Positions 40,762-51,939 of a stretch of DNA of 64,000 nucleotides are shown here, one piece after another. A program made the position numbers and the translations under genes. The stretch's first letter is position 1; every line of letters begins with the position of its first letter. The stretch is taken from assembly GCA_034530875.2 (NCBI GenBank), contig JAVRCJ020000014.1:1-64000 (forward strand), given 5' to 3'. The stretch comes from Nostoc sp. DedSLP01. GTDB lineage: Bacteria > Cyanobacteriota > Cyanobacteriia > Cyanobacteriales > Nostocaceae. Below the pieces are notes generated by a model. It was not told the DNA's origin, did no database searches, and saw only the letters and a program-made list of their open reading frames with translations.

Positions 40762-42204
40762 TATGCTCAATTTTTCCTTACTCTCTCCAAACTGATAAAC
40801 GATGTAGTTTCATGCCAGTATTGGGCTTTTTAGCATTTGCATAAAGCTACTTAGGACTCTAGTGTGATGGGTGAATTCCTGCTGAACGAAGCCAAAAGTA
40901 CTTCTATTATGGTTGTTCGCAACCTATTAGAGGTCATAGTTACCAAAGAGATTAATTTTGGTGATTTTACGGTAGTTTTAACCATTATTCGCCATTAGAA
41001 AGGAAACTATTTTCTCTTTTGGCGCTAGTGTAGCGGTGTAATTTTCAGCCACCTTTACAAATCGGTTAGGTTCTACTACAAATATGTCGTAGATCCAATA
41101 TATTGCAGGTTTTTCACTTTCAGTGCTTGCCTTTCTTGCCAATGAGCAAGTAGAGTTTTCTCCACTCATCCTCAAAAGCTGAAGACTGCATAGTATTTCA
41201 ATAGAGTCCTACGGGTATAGACCCATTTGTTCTGCCAGTAGAGACGTGAATTTTCTTGTCTCTACATTACGATTTAACAAAGCAGTAGTAGCCGCGATGA
41301 TACGGCTATTGATTCTGGTTTTGTCTTTTCGTAATTTTATATTAAATACTAGCATGGACTAATAATAGCAAAATAGTTGTTTAATTTTGAATTAAATTTG
41401 CGGGTAAATTTTTATTTAAATTACTGGACTTCAGCCAGAAAAACCAGTGACCTTTTTTGTAACCCTTGATTGCAAGCGTGAGTATTGCCATTTGGCTTTT
41501 ATAAAAATTTATCTATCTTAGACGAGCAGTTTTGGCGAATGAGTAAAATCGAAGATTTCCTTGATTCAAAGGAGCCAAAAAGCAAAAAGTCTCACATATC
41601 GAGGTTTCCTGGTGTCAGATCTTTTATTTGAAAGTGGTGAGGATTTTTTTTGGGATTATTACCCTCAAGTAAAAAGTGGTAAGAGGATTCTGTACTTCTG
41701 TCTATGGGAAGAATAAATCTCTTAACATATCCTTACCGCTTAATTGTCACCGATATCTGTTGCTCATGGGCTTTTACACTTCTATATAATCAAAACATTC
41801 CGCCTTAGCTACTGCTTGGTCAATTTTGAGAGCCGATTGCTGTGATACAAGTTGATATACATTTCATTTGGATATTATCGCTAGGTAGAAAATGAAGCTA
41901 AGTCACTTTTAAGGGAAATTGCCTTTGGTTGACAGTTCCAAACAGGTAAATTGCATTTCTAGCTGCGATGGCAATTTTACTGTTTTAGCTCAAAACTGGA
42001 CGCAAATCTGTTTTATAGCAGTGCTACAAGTAAAACTTTAATCGTTATCCTTAAGCTAGAATCAGTTACTCTTTTATTGTCAGCTTATTAACATCAGGCT
42101 TGGGATTCAAAGCAAAAAGAATATGACTGATTTTTGCCAACTACCGGCCTTAACTGATGATTTTCGAGGCTAGTGAAGTAATTTTAAAATTTTGGTTAGA
42201 AGCA

Positions 42205-43218
42205 ATGGAAGTTATTTTTAAGGTGATTCGACAGCAACACAATTCCTCCCCTGTTGTACAAACCTATATTGTGGAGGCTCAACCAGGTAATACAATCTTG
42301 GATTGTCTCAATCAAATTAAGTGGGAGCAAGATGGAACTTTAGCATTTCGCAAAAATTGTCGCAATACCATTTGTGGCAGTTGTGCTATGCGAATTAATG
42401 GACGTTCGGCTTTAGCTTGTAAGGAAAATGTTGGCAGCGAACTCGCCAGATTACAACAAATACCATCATCCGAAAGCAAAGTAAATGCCGTTGCTGAAAT
42501 CACGATCGCCCCTCTCGGCAATATGCCCGTGATTAAAGATTTGGTTGTAGATATGAACAGTTTCTGGAACAATCTAGAAGCAGTTGCTCCTTATGTAAGT
42601 ACGGCAGCACGACAAGTACCAGAAAGAGAGTTTTTACAAACACCCGAAGAGCGATCGCGCCTCGATAAAACTGGCAACTGTATTATGTGCGGTGCTTGTT
42701 ACTCTGAGTGCAATGCCCGCGAAATTAATCCAGATTTTGTCGGGCCTCATGCCCTTGCCAAAGCTTACCGCATGGTAGCAGACTCACGAGATAGCGACAC
42801 CAAAAATCGTTTAGCAAATTACAACGAAGGTACTAAAGGCGTGTGGGGTTGTACCCGTTGTTTGTACTGCGATAGTGTTTGCCCAATGGAAGTTGCACCG
42901 CTAGAACAAATCACCAAAATTAAACAAGAAATTCTCACTGAAAAACAAGCTACTGAGAGTCGATCAATTCGCCACCGCAGAGTATTAATCGATTTAGTGA
43001 AACAAGGTGGTTGGATTGACGAACGTCAATTTGGTTTACAAGTAGTCGGTAATTATTTTCGCGACCTCAGAGGACTACTCAGCCTCGCACCTTTAGGATT
43101 GCGGATGTTAGTCCGAGGAAAATTTCCCTTATCATTTGAAGCTTCCCAAGGGACAGAACAAGTGCGATCGCTCATTGAATCTGTGCAGCAAGAAGAGGGA
43201 GTGGGGAGTAGGGAGTAG
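42205..43218 (+). CDS. sdhB: Succinate dehydrogenase/fumarate reductase Fe-S subunit
   Basis: CRNTICGSC, CIMCGACYSEC and CTRCLYCDSVCP. Confidence 0.93.
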   Translation: MEVIFKVIRQQHNSSPVVQTYIVEAQPGNTILDCLNQIKWEQDGTLAFRKNCRNTICGSCAMRINGRSALACKENVGSELARLQQIPSSESKVNAVAEITIAPLGNMPVIKDLVVDMNSFWNNLEAVAPYVSTAARQVPEREFLQTPEERSRLDKTGNCIMCGACYSECNAREINPDFVGPHALAKAYRMVADSRDSDTKNRLANYNEGTKGVWGCTRCLYCDSVCPMEVAPLEQITKIKQEILTEKQATESRSIRHRRVLIDLVKQGGWIDERQFGLQVVGNYFRDLRGLLSLAPLGLRMLVRGKFPLSFEASQGTEQVRSLIESVQQEEGVGSRE

Positions 43219-43311
43219 GGAATGGGACGGTGAGGCAGGGGAAGCAAGGGGACAATAACTCTTAACTCAGCAGTTTCCCAGTCCCCAATCCCCAGTCACC
43301 AGTCCCCATCC

Positions 43312-43836
43312 CTAACGCGGTTCTTGGGGTACATTCAACGGTCGTCCATAACGGTCGTATACTAAAACATCCCACTGCCCGTTATTACTGGACTCAAAAG
43401 CAATGCGATTGCCATCAGCGCTAATTGTGGGGTTGCGGACTTCAGCTTGTAGGTTAGAAGTTAAATTCCTTGATTGGCGCGTTTCTCGGTCGTAAAGAAA
43501 AATAGCCGATCGCCCTTGGCGGCTAGCCGCAAACACAATAAAACGACCATCTTGGGAAACGCTAGGATGATTGGCGATCGCATCAAACGAATTTAAACCC
43601 GGTAAATCAACCAAATCGCGAGTTAGGGTATCAAACATATAAACATCTTGGCTACCTCGTCGGTCAGTCACAAAAACAATGTATCTCCCAGAAATTTGGG
43701 GTTCTACTTCCGAAGCGAAACTATTAAGACCCCGCCCCCCCGGATCGAAGGGATAACTCAAAATTCGAGGGTAGCCAAAACACCCACTCAATAAACTTAA
43801 GAATATAAATACAGGAATAAAAAAGATACGTTTCAT
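43312..43836 (-). CDS. TolB-like (PD40 repeat) lipoprotein
   Basis: LSGC lipobox; PSVSQDGRFIVF and PTISADGNRIAF repeats. Confidence 0.85.
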   Translation of the reverse strand: MKRIFFIPVFIFLSLLSGCFGYPRILSYPFDPGGRGLNSFASEVEPQISGRYIVFVTDRRGSQDVYMFDTLTRDLVDLPGLNSFDAIANHPSVSQDGRFIVFAASRQGRSAIFLYDRETRQSRNLTSNLQAEVRNPTISADGNRIAFESSNNGQWDVLVYDRYGRPLNVPQEPR

Positions 43837-44513
43837 AATAGGGCTGGTGATTGGGTACTGGGGATTGGCGACTGGGAATATTGACTATTGACTGCTGAGT
43901 TAAGAGTTATTCTCCCTCTGCCTCCCCTGCTTCCCCAGCCCCTCTGCCCCACCCCCGAGGGAGGCGTTACAGTTGCACCATTAGGAATATCTAACTCTAC
44001 ATTTGGCCCCCGGTCTAGGACTTCAACATCCCATTGACCGCGGCTGGCGCTTTCAAAGACAACATAACGTCCATCTGGGCTAATATTGGGCTTTCTGACC
44101 CAACCGCGATAGATTGGGGTGAGGATTTGCAACTGTTGAACGGCGCGATCGTAAAGTGCTACTACTGGCCTACCTTGGTCGCTAGTAATATAAGCAATGT
44201 AACGCCCGGTGTAGCTCAAGCTAGGACTTTCCGCAATGGTTTCCTGTCGGTTTATACCTGGTGTGGAAATAAACATCTGTCTTTCCAAATCGTACACCAG
44301 TAGCTGCTGATTGCCATTGCGATTTGATACAAATGCTAAAAGACGCCCATTTCCACTCAAAGCAGGTTGCTCCTCAGTGTAGCGACTGTTGAGAGAAGTA
44401 GGCCCTATGGGAATATCGTTAGAACCACAAGATACAAGCAAACTTGTAAAACCAAAAACCAGGCTCCAATGAATTGGTCTTTGGAGCCAGAATCTAGGCG
44501 TAAATTTTTTCAC
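43833..44513 (-). CDS. TolB-like (PD40 repeat) lipoprotein with repeat-derived C-terminal tail
   Basis: LVSC lipobox; PALSGNGRLLAF and PNISPDGRYVVF. Confidence 0.85.
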   Translation of the reverse strand: MKKFTPRFWLQRPIHWSLVFGFTSLLVSCGSNDIPIGPTSLNSRYTEEQPALSGNGRLLAFVSNRNGNQQLLVYDLERQMFISTPGINRQETIAESPSLSYTGRYIAYITSDQGRPVVALYDRAVQQLQILTPIYRGWVRKPNISPDGRYVVFESASRGQWDVEVLDRGPNVELDIPNGATVTPPSGVGQRGWGSRGGRGRITLNSAVNSQYSQSPIPSTQSPALL

Positions 44514-44571
44514 CTCAAGTTTTTTCCGTTGCCTTTAAACCTATCTCTACACCAGCTGTTTTAACAATAAA

Positions 44572-44894
44572 GAATTCAGGAGTCAGGAGTCAGAATTCAG
44601 AATTTTTATCTGTGCGACACTTCATTGAGCTTCAGTGCATCGCTGGCGGATAGCGAAGCGTAAAGCCTTCTCTACGAGAGGCTTTGCCAACGGCATGGCT
44701 TCGCTTAGAGCGAGTCCTGTCTGCGACACGCTACGCGAACGAGCGTCTGAATAAACTCTTTTTAGTTCCCCACCAAATCATAGATTTGGTGGTGCTTCTA
44801 GGTGGTGGGTCTAAATCTCCCACTGATAGCGAAGCGTTAGCGAGTCCGCGAGCGTCTTGCATTCTGAATTCTGAATTCTGAATTCTGAGTTCTG
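44572..44894. mobile_element. Composite repeat element: inverted AATTCAG/CTGAATT heptamer arrays enclosing nested short dispersed repeats
   Basis: 44648-44701 equals the reverse complement of 51647-51700 (53/54); ~44826-44857 resembles the reverse complement of ~53674-53703. Confidence 0.7.
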
Positions 44895-44896
44895 TT

Positions 44897-45814
44897 TTAA
44901 ACATCGTCATCAAAATCCGTTGAATTATCTGGCCCCTCACTAGGCTTTTCAATTGGATTATACGGTACATATTCAGTTGGGATCGCATCATCATCTTCGC
45001 GGGGTCTGCGAGGAGCCGAGTCACTGGCTGGACGACGCCTTCTTGGTCTAGGAGCAACATCATCTTCCCGGTTTTCTGGTCGCCCAGACCCGTTATTACC
45101 GCGACGAGACGGTTTTCTAACTTCTCCACCCGAACTGTCCCAATCATCAACTTCCCTAGATGAAGAACCCCAATTTTCATCTTCAAAACTTTCAGAAGGA
45201 CGGTTTACGGGACGCCCAGAACTACGGCGTCGCGTTCTATCGCTTGAACTTTGCCTTTCATTAGTACTGCTGTTGCGCCGTTCTGAACGACGGGGGGGTT
45301 GATCCTCGTAATAGTCATCACGAGTTGAATTTTCATCCCTGCTACCGGGAATCCGGCGACGGACGCGGCGTTCTTCCTCGTCGTCATAAGGCAGCGGCTC
45401 CAAGTCTGCAATCTCAGCTCGATAATCCTTGCGATTGCGTCTGTACTCATAATTTCCGCTGACCTCTCGCTCATCATCCACAATCGGAGTGTTGCGTTTA
45501 GCTTGCTGGGTGGCTATACTTCGTAGTCGAATACTTTCAACTGCAAAAAATACAGTAGTGCCGACTAAGAGTAATTGACCAAATTGGAGAATCGGGTCTA
45601 GTCGCCATCCTTGGAAGATGAGAATGAAGCCGCACAACAACCCGACTGCTGCAAAAAAGATATCTTGATCTCGTGACAGTTCGGGGCGTACAGTGCGGAG
45701 AAAATACAGTGCTGCCCCAGCCACAGCCAGGAAAATTCCTAGAATACTGGCTGAGTTCGCCCCAAAATTTACCTGAGCCAGAACACTGGCTGAGTTCAGC
45801 CCAAAATTTATCAT
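44897..45814 (-). CDS. ycf66: Ycf66 family protein
   Basis: LYFLRTVRPELSRDQDIFFAAVGLLCG..QGWRLDPILQFGQ followed by a charged tail. Confidence 0.9.
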   Translation of the reverse strand: MINFGLNSASVLAQVNFGANSASILGIFLAVAGAALYFLRTVRPELSRDQDIFFAAVGLLCGFILIFQGWRLDPILQFGQLLLVGTTVFFAVESIRLRSIATQQAKRNTPIVDDEREVSGNYEYRRNRKDYRAEIADLEPLPYDDEEERRVRRRIPGSRDENSTRDDYYEDQPPRRSERRNSSTNERQSSSDRTRRRSSGRPVNRPSESFEDENWGSSSREVDDWDSSGGEVRKPSRRGNNGSGRPENREDDVAPRPRRRRPASDSAPRRPREDDDAIPTEYVPYNPIEKPSEGPDNSTDFDDDV

Positions 45815-46063
45815 TGCTGTTTTCCCAATATCAAATCTATGTTAGCGAGTCACAATTAAAATCACTACTCTAATTAGTCATCATAATATTGAAGCTTCAA
45901 AGCCTCTAGCAAAGAAGCTCTGAAGCTGTTCGCCCAAAAGTAAAAAAATGTTTTTCTCAGCTATAAGTGCGCCTAGAGCAAAAACTGCTGTTTTTGGTGC
46001 AATTATTTAAGTAGATAGCTGAGAAAAAACTGCTTGTGAGAGTCGATTAGACAGTCGAAAGCA

Positions 46064-46183
46064 TTATGAACGTTGAATTTTATCTTTTTGGCTAATGAAA
46101 ATCAGAGCGCCTGTAACGGGGACTACAACAATTACAGCACCCCAAAAGAGACTCCAAAGAAAATTTGCTAAAGCGGGCGTCAT
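46064..46183 (-). CDS. psbX: Photosystem II protein X (not in the ORF track)
   Basis: Hand translation: [39 protein letters not shown]. Confidence 0.95.
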   Translation of the reverse strand: MTPALANFLWSLFWGAVIVVVPVTGALIFISQKDKIQRS

Positions 46184-46445
46184 ACTTCTCAACCTTTTTT
46201 TACACACTTCATCACTAATTTTAATGGTGTAGTACTTTCTTGAGAAGCCTCTAGACAGGAACTGTCAAACTTGATAATTGCTATTTCTCAAGTAATGCTT
46301 AGTAAATTCAGTGCTGACTTCCTCTCTATTGAAATAAAATTGTAATGAGAGTGCTTTACAAAGCTTCAAATTTGCTGGCGTTAGCGAAGCGCGGCTTGCC
46401 GTTCACCCAAGTGTTTTGTTTATTCACAAATAGCTGCTTAAACCG

Positions 46446-46739
46446 ATGACTGCTGTTGACCTGAGTACTTGGATTCTTGGCCCAGTGTTAGGGCTAATGA
46501 CATTTTTATTTATATTTCGGATTATTCTCACTTGGTATCCCCAAGTAAATCTGAATCGTTTGCCCTTTAATTTAATAGCTTGGCCCACCGAACCATTTTT
46601 AATTCCTCTACGAAAACTCGTACCACCCATCGGCGGAGTAGACATTACCCCCATTATTTGGGTTGGTATTTTTAGCCTGCTACGAGAAATTCTCTTAGGC
46701 CAGCAAGGATTATTAACTATGCTGGCTCATGTGAGTTAA
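46446..46739 (+). CDS. YggT family membrane protein
   Basis: RIILTWYP, TEPFL.P.RK.VPPIGGVDITP. Confidence 0.92.
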   Translation: MTAVDLSTWILGPVLGLMTFLFIFRIILTWYPQVNLNRLPFNLIAWPTEPFLIPLRKLVPPIGGVDITPIIWVGIFSLLREILLGQQGLLTMLAHVS

Positions 46740-46777
46740 GAATTGGGCATTGGGCATTGGGCATTGGGCATTGGGCA

Positions 46778-46838
46778 AGGGGAAAGGGGAAAGATTAAGT
46801 TTATCCCTTTTCCCTTTTCCCTTTAACCTTTTCCCCTA
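46778..46838. repeat. GGGGAAA/TTTTCCC inverted-arm dispersed repeat (similar copies ~48838-48915, 54855-54911, 55922-55962, 60435-60487)
   Basis: Seen directly. Confidence 0.65.
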
Positions 46839-46877
46839 CCCCCTGCCCCTCCCCCCATCTCCCCAGTCCCCAATCCC

Positions 46878-48221
46878 CTACCCGTTCATCTCCTGCACAA
46901 AATTTGTATACACATTACCTTGCAAAAATTGTGGAGTTTCCATAATTTTTTGATGAAAGCCGATGGTGGTGGGTAATCCGGTAATCGCACATTCACGTAG
47001 TGCGCGTTTCATGCGGTTAATAGCAGTAGGACGATCTGCTCCCCAAACAATTAACTTGCCAATCAAGGAATCGTAATAAGGGGGAATTTGGTAATCTGTG
47101 TAGACGTGGGAATCAATGCGAACGCCGGGGCCTCCAGGGGGGAGATAGCCGCTGATGCGTCCTGGAGATGGGCGAAAATCGCGATCGGGGTCTTCAGCAT
47201 TAATCCGGCATTCGATCGCATGACCGCGCAGAACTACTTGGTCTTGAGTAAGCTTCAGTCTTTCACCTTGGGCAATCCGGATTTGTTCGGCAACTAAGTC
47301 TACTCCCGTAATCATCTCTGTTACAGGATGTTCTACTTGAATCCGGGTGTTCATTTCCATAAAGTAAAATTTACCGGATCTATCCAAGAGAAACTCGATC
47401 GTCCCTGCCCCACTGTAGTTAATAAATTGGGCAGCTTTAACAGCAGCTTGTCCCATTTTCTCGCGCAAGTCTGAGTCCAGAGCCGGACTTGGAGCTTCTT
47501 CGAGTAGCTTTTGATTTCGGCGCTGAATCGAACAATCTCTTTCGCCTAAGTGGATGACATTGCCGTAATTATCTGCCAAAACTTGAAATTCAATGTGGCG
47601 AGGACGTTCAATAAATTTTTCTATGTAAACGCCAGAATTACCAAAAGCTGCTCCTGCTTCCCCTTGGGCTGCTAAGAAAAGTTTGACAAATTCCTCTTCA
47701 GAACGTACCAAGCGCATACCCCGGCCACCGCCACCTGCTGTAGCTTTAATCATCACTGGATAGCCGATATCCTTAGCAAACTGTAATCCTTCCTGCTCGG
47801 ATTCTACCAACCCATTACTACCGGGTACTGTTGGGACTCCAGCCTTTTGCATAGTTTCTTTGGCAGTGGATTTATCCCCCATAAGCCTGATAGCTTCCGG
47901 AGTCGGGCCGATAAAGGCAATGTCATGAGCAGTACAGATTTCTGCAAATTTGGCATTTTCTGCTAAAAAACCATAACCTGGATGAATAGCAGTGGCATTG
48001 CGGGTCAATGCAGCAGCGATGATATTGGGAATATTCAAATAACTTTTACTGCTAGGAGGTTCGCCAATGCAAACCGCTTCATCAGCAAGTTGAACGTGGA
48101 GAGCATTACGGTCAACACTGGAGTGAACCGCAACTGTGGCAATTCCCATTTCTTCACAGGCGCGGAGAATGCGAAGGGCAATTTCTCCTCGATTGGCAAT
48201 TAATATTTTGTCAAACTTCAT
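46878..48221 (-). CDS. accC: Acetyl-CoA carboxylase biotin carboxylase subunit
   Basis: [29 protein letters not shown] and [14 protein letters not shown]. Confidence 0.98.
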   Translation of the reverse strand: MKFDKILIANRGEIALRILRACEEMGIATVAVHSSVDRNALHVQLADEAVCIGEPPSSKSYLNIPNIIAAALTRNATAIHPGYGFLAENAKFAEICTAHDIAFIGPTPEAIRLMGDKSTAKETMQKAGVPTVPGSNGLVESEQEGLQFAKDIGYPVMIKATAGGGGRGMRLVRSEEEFVKLFLAAQGEAGAAFGNSGVYIEKFIERPRHIEFQVLADNYGNVIHLGERDCSIQRRNQKLLEEAPSPALDSDLREKMGQAAVKAAQFINYSGAGTIEFLLDRSGKFYFMEMNTRIQVEHPVTEMITGVDLVAEQIRIAQGERLKLTQDQVVLRGHAIECRINAEDPDRDFRPSPGRISGYLPPGGPGVRIDSHVYTDYQIPPYYDSLIGKLIVWGADRPTAINRMKRALRECAITGLPTTIGFHQKIMETPQFLQGNVYTNFVQEMNG

Positions 48222-48657
48222 TTTGGAGTTTCGATATTAGTAACAGTAGATTGACATTTTCTCCTATCTAAGGTGCAACAACGCTTTGGCGTTATTTCAA
48301 ATTATGACAGGAGATTCCCAACCTTCATCTTCACCAAAGTCAAGAATTGGGCTTGCTGCCTCTAGGGGGCTTAACTAGATTAACAACATTGCTGTTGCCA
48401 ATCTTGATAGTTTCCCGAATTAGTTTTTAGCTTGAAAGGCATCACCCTTTCAACGACAGCTTTTGTCCCTCATTGTGCCTCTTACAGTAGCTCTAACCCT
48501 TTTAATATCACTTGTGTACCTGCTACATTTCTGTCAGCCTGATACCGCCTTGAGGAAATTTATAAAACCGTACACCGAAATTTTTCCCAACTGGAACTGA
48601 GAACTCACCTTACTATAATTATTTTCTTATGCTATAGTCTATATTTAGAGAACCTGC

Positions 48658-48738
48658 GCGGATGTGGCGGAATTGGTATACGCGCACGCTTGAGGTGCGT
48701 GTGGCTTTGCCTTGCGAGTTCGAGTCTCGCCATCCGCA
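48658..48738 (+). tRNA. trnL: tRNA-Leu (GAG)
   Basis: Acceptor GCGGATG/CATCCGC, D-loop GGAATTGG, anticodon stem CACGC-TTGAGGT-GCGTG, long variable arm, GTTCGAGTC; CCA not encoded. Confidence 0.96.
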
Positions 48739-48999
48739 TTTTTTGCATATTAGCCAAGGGTCAATAGTCAAAGGGTCGAACACCTGAGACTGTTGACCCT
48801 TTAAGCTAGGTGGGCAAACAGCGTATGGAGGAGACAAGGGGAAAAGGTTAAACGGAAAAGGGAAAAGGAATAAATTTAATCTTTCCCCTTTTCCCCTTAA
48901 CCCTTTCCCTTTCCCCATACCCTGTTTGCCCAATGACTAATGACTAAGCCTATGGTTTTTTATGCTTTTATAGAGATAGGTGAAGTTTTGTAAAAAACA

Positions 49000-49629
49000 T
49001 TGACTATTAGTTTTCAGCCAACAAACAACTTAACACTGCCAGCGGCTTGGCATCGCCTGACTCCAATTTGGCAAGGAGGGGAGGAAGTAATTCAAAAAAG
49101 TTTGCCTCACACTCAGCTAGCACCGGCTTGGCAATTGCTACTTTTAGGGGACGGTTCGCCAACACGTCACTTAGAGTTGCTCACAGGTGAGCCAACAGAA
49201 GTAGATGTCATTGATATGTCATTAATTGGTATGGATTTGGATAATGCCCCTGAGTTAATCCAAGCTGTGCCAGGGCCGCGACTACGGCGACAAGTGTGGC
49301 TGCGTACTCCTTCTGGCCAGCGATTAGCATACGCGACTTCGTGGTGGGAAGCCAGCCATGTAGATGAGTATTTGCAAAATCGCTCATTACCAATTTGGGC
49401 TAGTTTAGCTCGTCTCCGCACAGAGTTGTATCGCGATGTACGAGGAATTTATTACGGTTACTCTTCGGCGCTAGAGTCAGGTTTTAATGTAAACGGGCCT
49501 TTTTGGGGTCGCCATTACTTATTTTGGCATCATGGACAGCCACTTACCTTGATTTATGAAGTGTTTTCGCCTTATTTAACCAAATATTTGGGGCCTATGC
49601 AGCTTAGTCCTGTGAATACTCAAGCATAG
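49000..49629 (+). CDS. Chorismate pyruvate-lyase-like protein (Ycf21/DUF98)
   Basis: LLLGDGSPTRHL, RRQVWL, AYATSWW and IYEVFSP. Confidence 0.85.
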   Translation: MTISFQPTNNLTLPAAWHRLTPIWQGGEEVIQKSLPHTQLAPAWQLLLLGDGSPTRHLELLTGEPTEVDVIDMSLIGMDLDNAPELIQAVPGPRLRRQVWLRTPSGQRLAYATSWWEASHVDEYLQNRSLPIWASLARLRTELYRDVRGIYYGYSSALESGFNVNGPFWGRHYLFWHHGQPLTLIYEVFSPYLTKYLGPMQLSPVNTQA

Positions 49630-49643
49630 TTCTGACCTCTAGC

Positions 49644-51008
49644 TTATGTTTGGTCTACAGTTTGAATTGTCAGCATTTGAGGGGGCGTAGCATCAGGTGG
49701 GTAGAGAAAATCCACTTCTACCAGTCGCCGCTGGCTAGGAGCTATTTTTAATTGAGCAAGGGGTTCTCCCATCTGTCCCCGTTGTTGAACTAAATGCCAG
49801 TATTGGGTTCTGGGTAAACCATTATCGTCATTGTAGCGAATACGAACTGTGCCTCGGAAAAAGACGGATGGTTCGGGTGGTGAAAAAAAGCGAAGCCCTG
49901 GTTTACTTAACTCATCTTCTTTAATAGGTGTTTGAAAAAGCACATTTATAGTTTGCGGCTTACTCGTATTGTTGAATAATGGTAGAGAGATGTTGTATTC
50001 AATTCCGTAGTTGCCGTGAGCTTCGTAAGCAGTACCAGGATAACGCGCTACGAGTTTAGCAGTTTGGTTTTGTCCAGTACCCATTTTGCCTGCCAAAAGA
50101 GTACTTAAACCGTAGGAAAAAGCTTGTCCTGATTCGGGAATTGTCAGGTATGAACTATTAGAGTCGGTAACTTGTACTTGCCAACGAGAGCCAATAGCTA
50201 CCCCCGCTACCCGTCCGTAAATTTCTGTTGCCCCTTCAAGGTGATTTGGAGGACTCGGGGCAGGTTCACGCGGCCCAGCAAAATCAGCATTTTCTAACAA
50301 GTTTTCCCATTCTTCTAAAGTGGGTGCTCGTTCGCTACTATCGGGATTGGGTTTGGCAAACATGGCCAGGTTCGCCAGATAAACTGGACGATCGCTATAC
50401 AAATGCAACAAAGTAGAACGTCCATTCAATGGCGGGGTTAAAGGACGCACTGGAATTGGATGATTCATTAACATCCGGCTTTGTTTTGGTGGAATTACCA
50501 ACTGAGCTGGCCATCCTGACTGCCGTCTGCCTCGCAGCAGATCGTTCATCACGCGATCGCCTGGCCCAGCATAAATGTTTCCCGAATTATTTGACTGCAT
50601 CGGGGGAAGCTTGATAAAAGGTGCATCAGGTTGACTAACATAACTAGCTGCTTGCAAGATGTTGACAGTTGCAGGGCGATCGCTTGGATTGTAAACAATC
50701 ACCCCTAAATAAAGAGTCCGTAAATCATTTGGAGTCTCGATCGCTCTAGCAATATGGTGAGAAAATAAATCAAACCTGCCCTGAAATGGAAAGTTCAGGT
50801 GTGCGCTGGGAACTCTTTTGCCTTGAGGAGGAAATGTAGACAGCAGAATTCCTTCACTCTGAACTACTTCTGGGTTATTACTGTTAAATACTGGTACTGC
50901 ATCAAGATGTCCTGTTAAAGGTCTTGTTTGTTGCGGAATCAAGATTTCCTGTGGTGCGGTAGAAGGTGATGCTTGAGCCAAAAACAAATAGGAAATAAAA
51001 TTAAGCAT
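49644..51008 (-). CDS. DUF3370 family protein
   Basis: PVFNSNNPE..EGILLSTFP, YGRVAGV, AHGNYG and YPPDATPPQ. Confidence 0.85.
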   Translation of the reverse strand: MLNFISYLFLAQASPSTAPQEILIPQQTRPLTGHLDAVPVFNSNNPEVVQSEGILLSTFPPQGKRVPSAHLNFPFQGRFDLFSHHIARAIETPNDLRTLYLGVIVYNPSDRPATVNILQAASYVSQPDAPFIKLPPMQSNNSGNIYAGPGDRVMNDLLRGRRQSGWPAQLVIPPKQSRMLMNHPIPVRPLTPPLNGRSTLLHLYSDRPVYLANLAMFAKPNPDSSERAPTLEEWENLLENADFAGPREPAPSPPNHLEGATEIYGRVAGVAIGSRWQVQVTDSNSSYLTIPESGQAFSYGLSTLLAGKMGTGQNQTAKLVARYPGTAYEAHGNYGIEYNISLPLFNNTSKPQTINVLFQTPIKEDELSKPGLRFFSPPEPSVFFRGTVRIRYNDDNGLPRTQYWHLVQQRGQMGEPLAQLKIAPSQRRLVEVDFLYPPDATPPQMLTIQTVDQT

Positions 51009-51569
51009 TTATGCAAAAAGCAATTTATCGCTGAAGTGATGGAAGAAGGCTAAGCTCAAAAGCGTGATTCAAGTTTAATTATTTAATTTTTGATTTAAAA
51101 AATTAGCAGTTGGTTCTCAGCAAAAATAACAATTATTTTGGCTCAAAATTATACAACTTAACGAAAATTATAATTCAATAACATATATTGAGTTGTGGGA
51201 TTGGCGACCCATAGAAAATCATAAATACTGAATTTTTGTCAGTAAAATAAAGTCAATTTAACAGATAGTATTTATGTAAATACAAGGAAGTGTAGGTTGC
51301 TGATGACTTGTAGCTTTGTCAACTTAGCTATATCCTCAAAGTGCTTGAAATAACGAATTTAACTATCGAAAAGTTTTCCCAGATGCATCCGTTCAAAGGA
51401 AGTGTCCTGCGAAATTCAATAAAGCATGTTAAAAAAGGTAACTAAACACAAAAACACTGCTTTTCAAAGACTAAGAAAATTGGTTATGGAATTATCGAAA
51501 CAATCGGGTCTAAAACCGTACTTCGTCCAAAGTTTTTGGAACGGGGTATAAATCCTCGTTACAAAAACG

Positions 51570-51720
51570 ACCTCCTGCCGACGCTCGCGGACTCGCTCTA
51601 AGCGTACCCCTACGGGGAAGCAAGCTACGCGTAGCGTCTCGTAGAGAAGCCATGCCGTTGGCAAAGCCTCTCGTAGAGAAGGCTTTACGCTGCGCTATCC
51701 TGCCCCCTGCCTCCTGCCTT
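51570..51720. repeat. Nested short dispersed repeat cluster
   Basis: Contains the reverse complement of 44648-44701 plus further palindromic units, flanked by CTCCTGCC-like repeats. Confidence 0.7.
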
Positions 51721-51939
51721 CGTTAACATCAATGTCTAGGGTGGAAAAGTTTATATACTTAGCTGCCCTATATTAAGAAAAAACTTTTTGGTTGACCGTG
51801 CCGATTTTAGATTATTTTGGTTCAGACCCTGCCACTAATGTGCGGAACAAATCCAAAATCCCAAATTTAAAATCCAAAATTGATAGACTGAACCAATCGA
51901 GTAAGTAATGAGTTTGCAAGTATGAGGTATTAGGTTTCA

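Noticed and set aside
44684..45483. ORFs 44684-44881, 44731-45186, 45205-45483 (and 51464-51664)
   Set aside because: Alternative frames of ycf66 or translations of dispersed repeats; the shared MPTAWL start comes from the repeat
46750..48933. ORFs 46750-46953 and 48619-48933
   Set aside because: Translations of STRR-type repeats and of the tRNA antisense strand
48658..48960. tRNA-Leu as an integration site for an island
   Set aside because: No integrase and no duplicated tRNA 3' end seen; flanks are housekeeping genes
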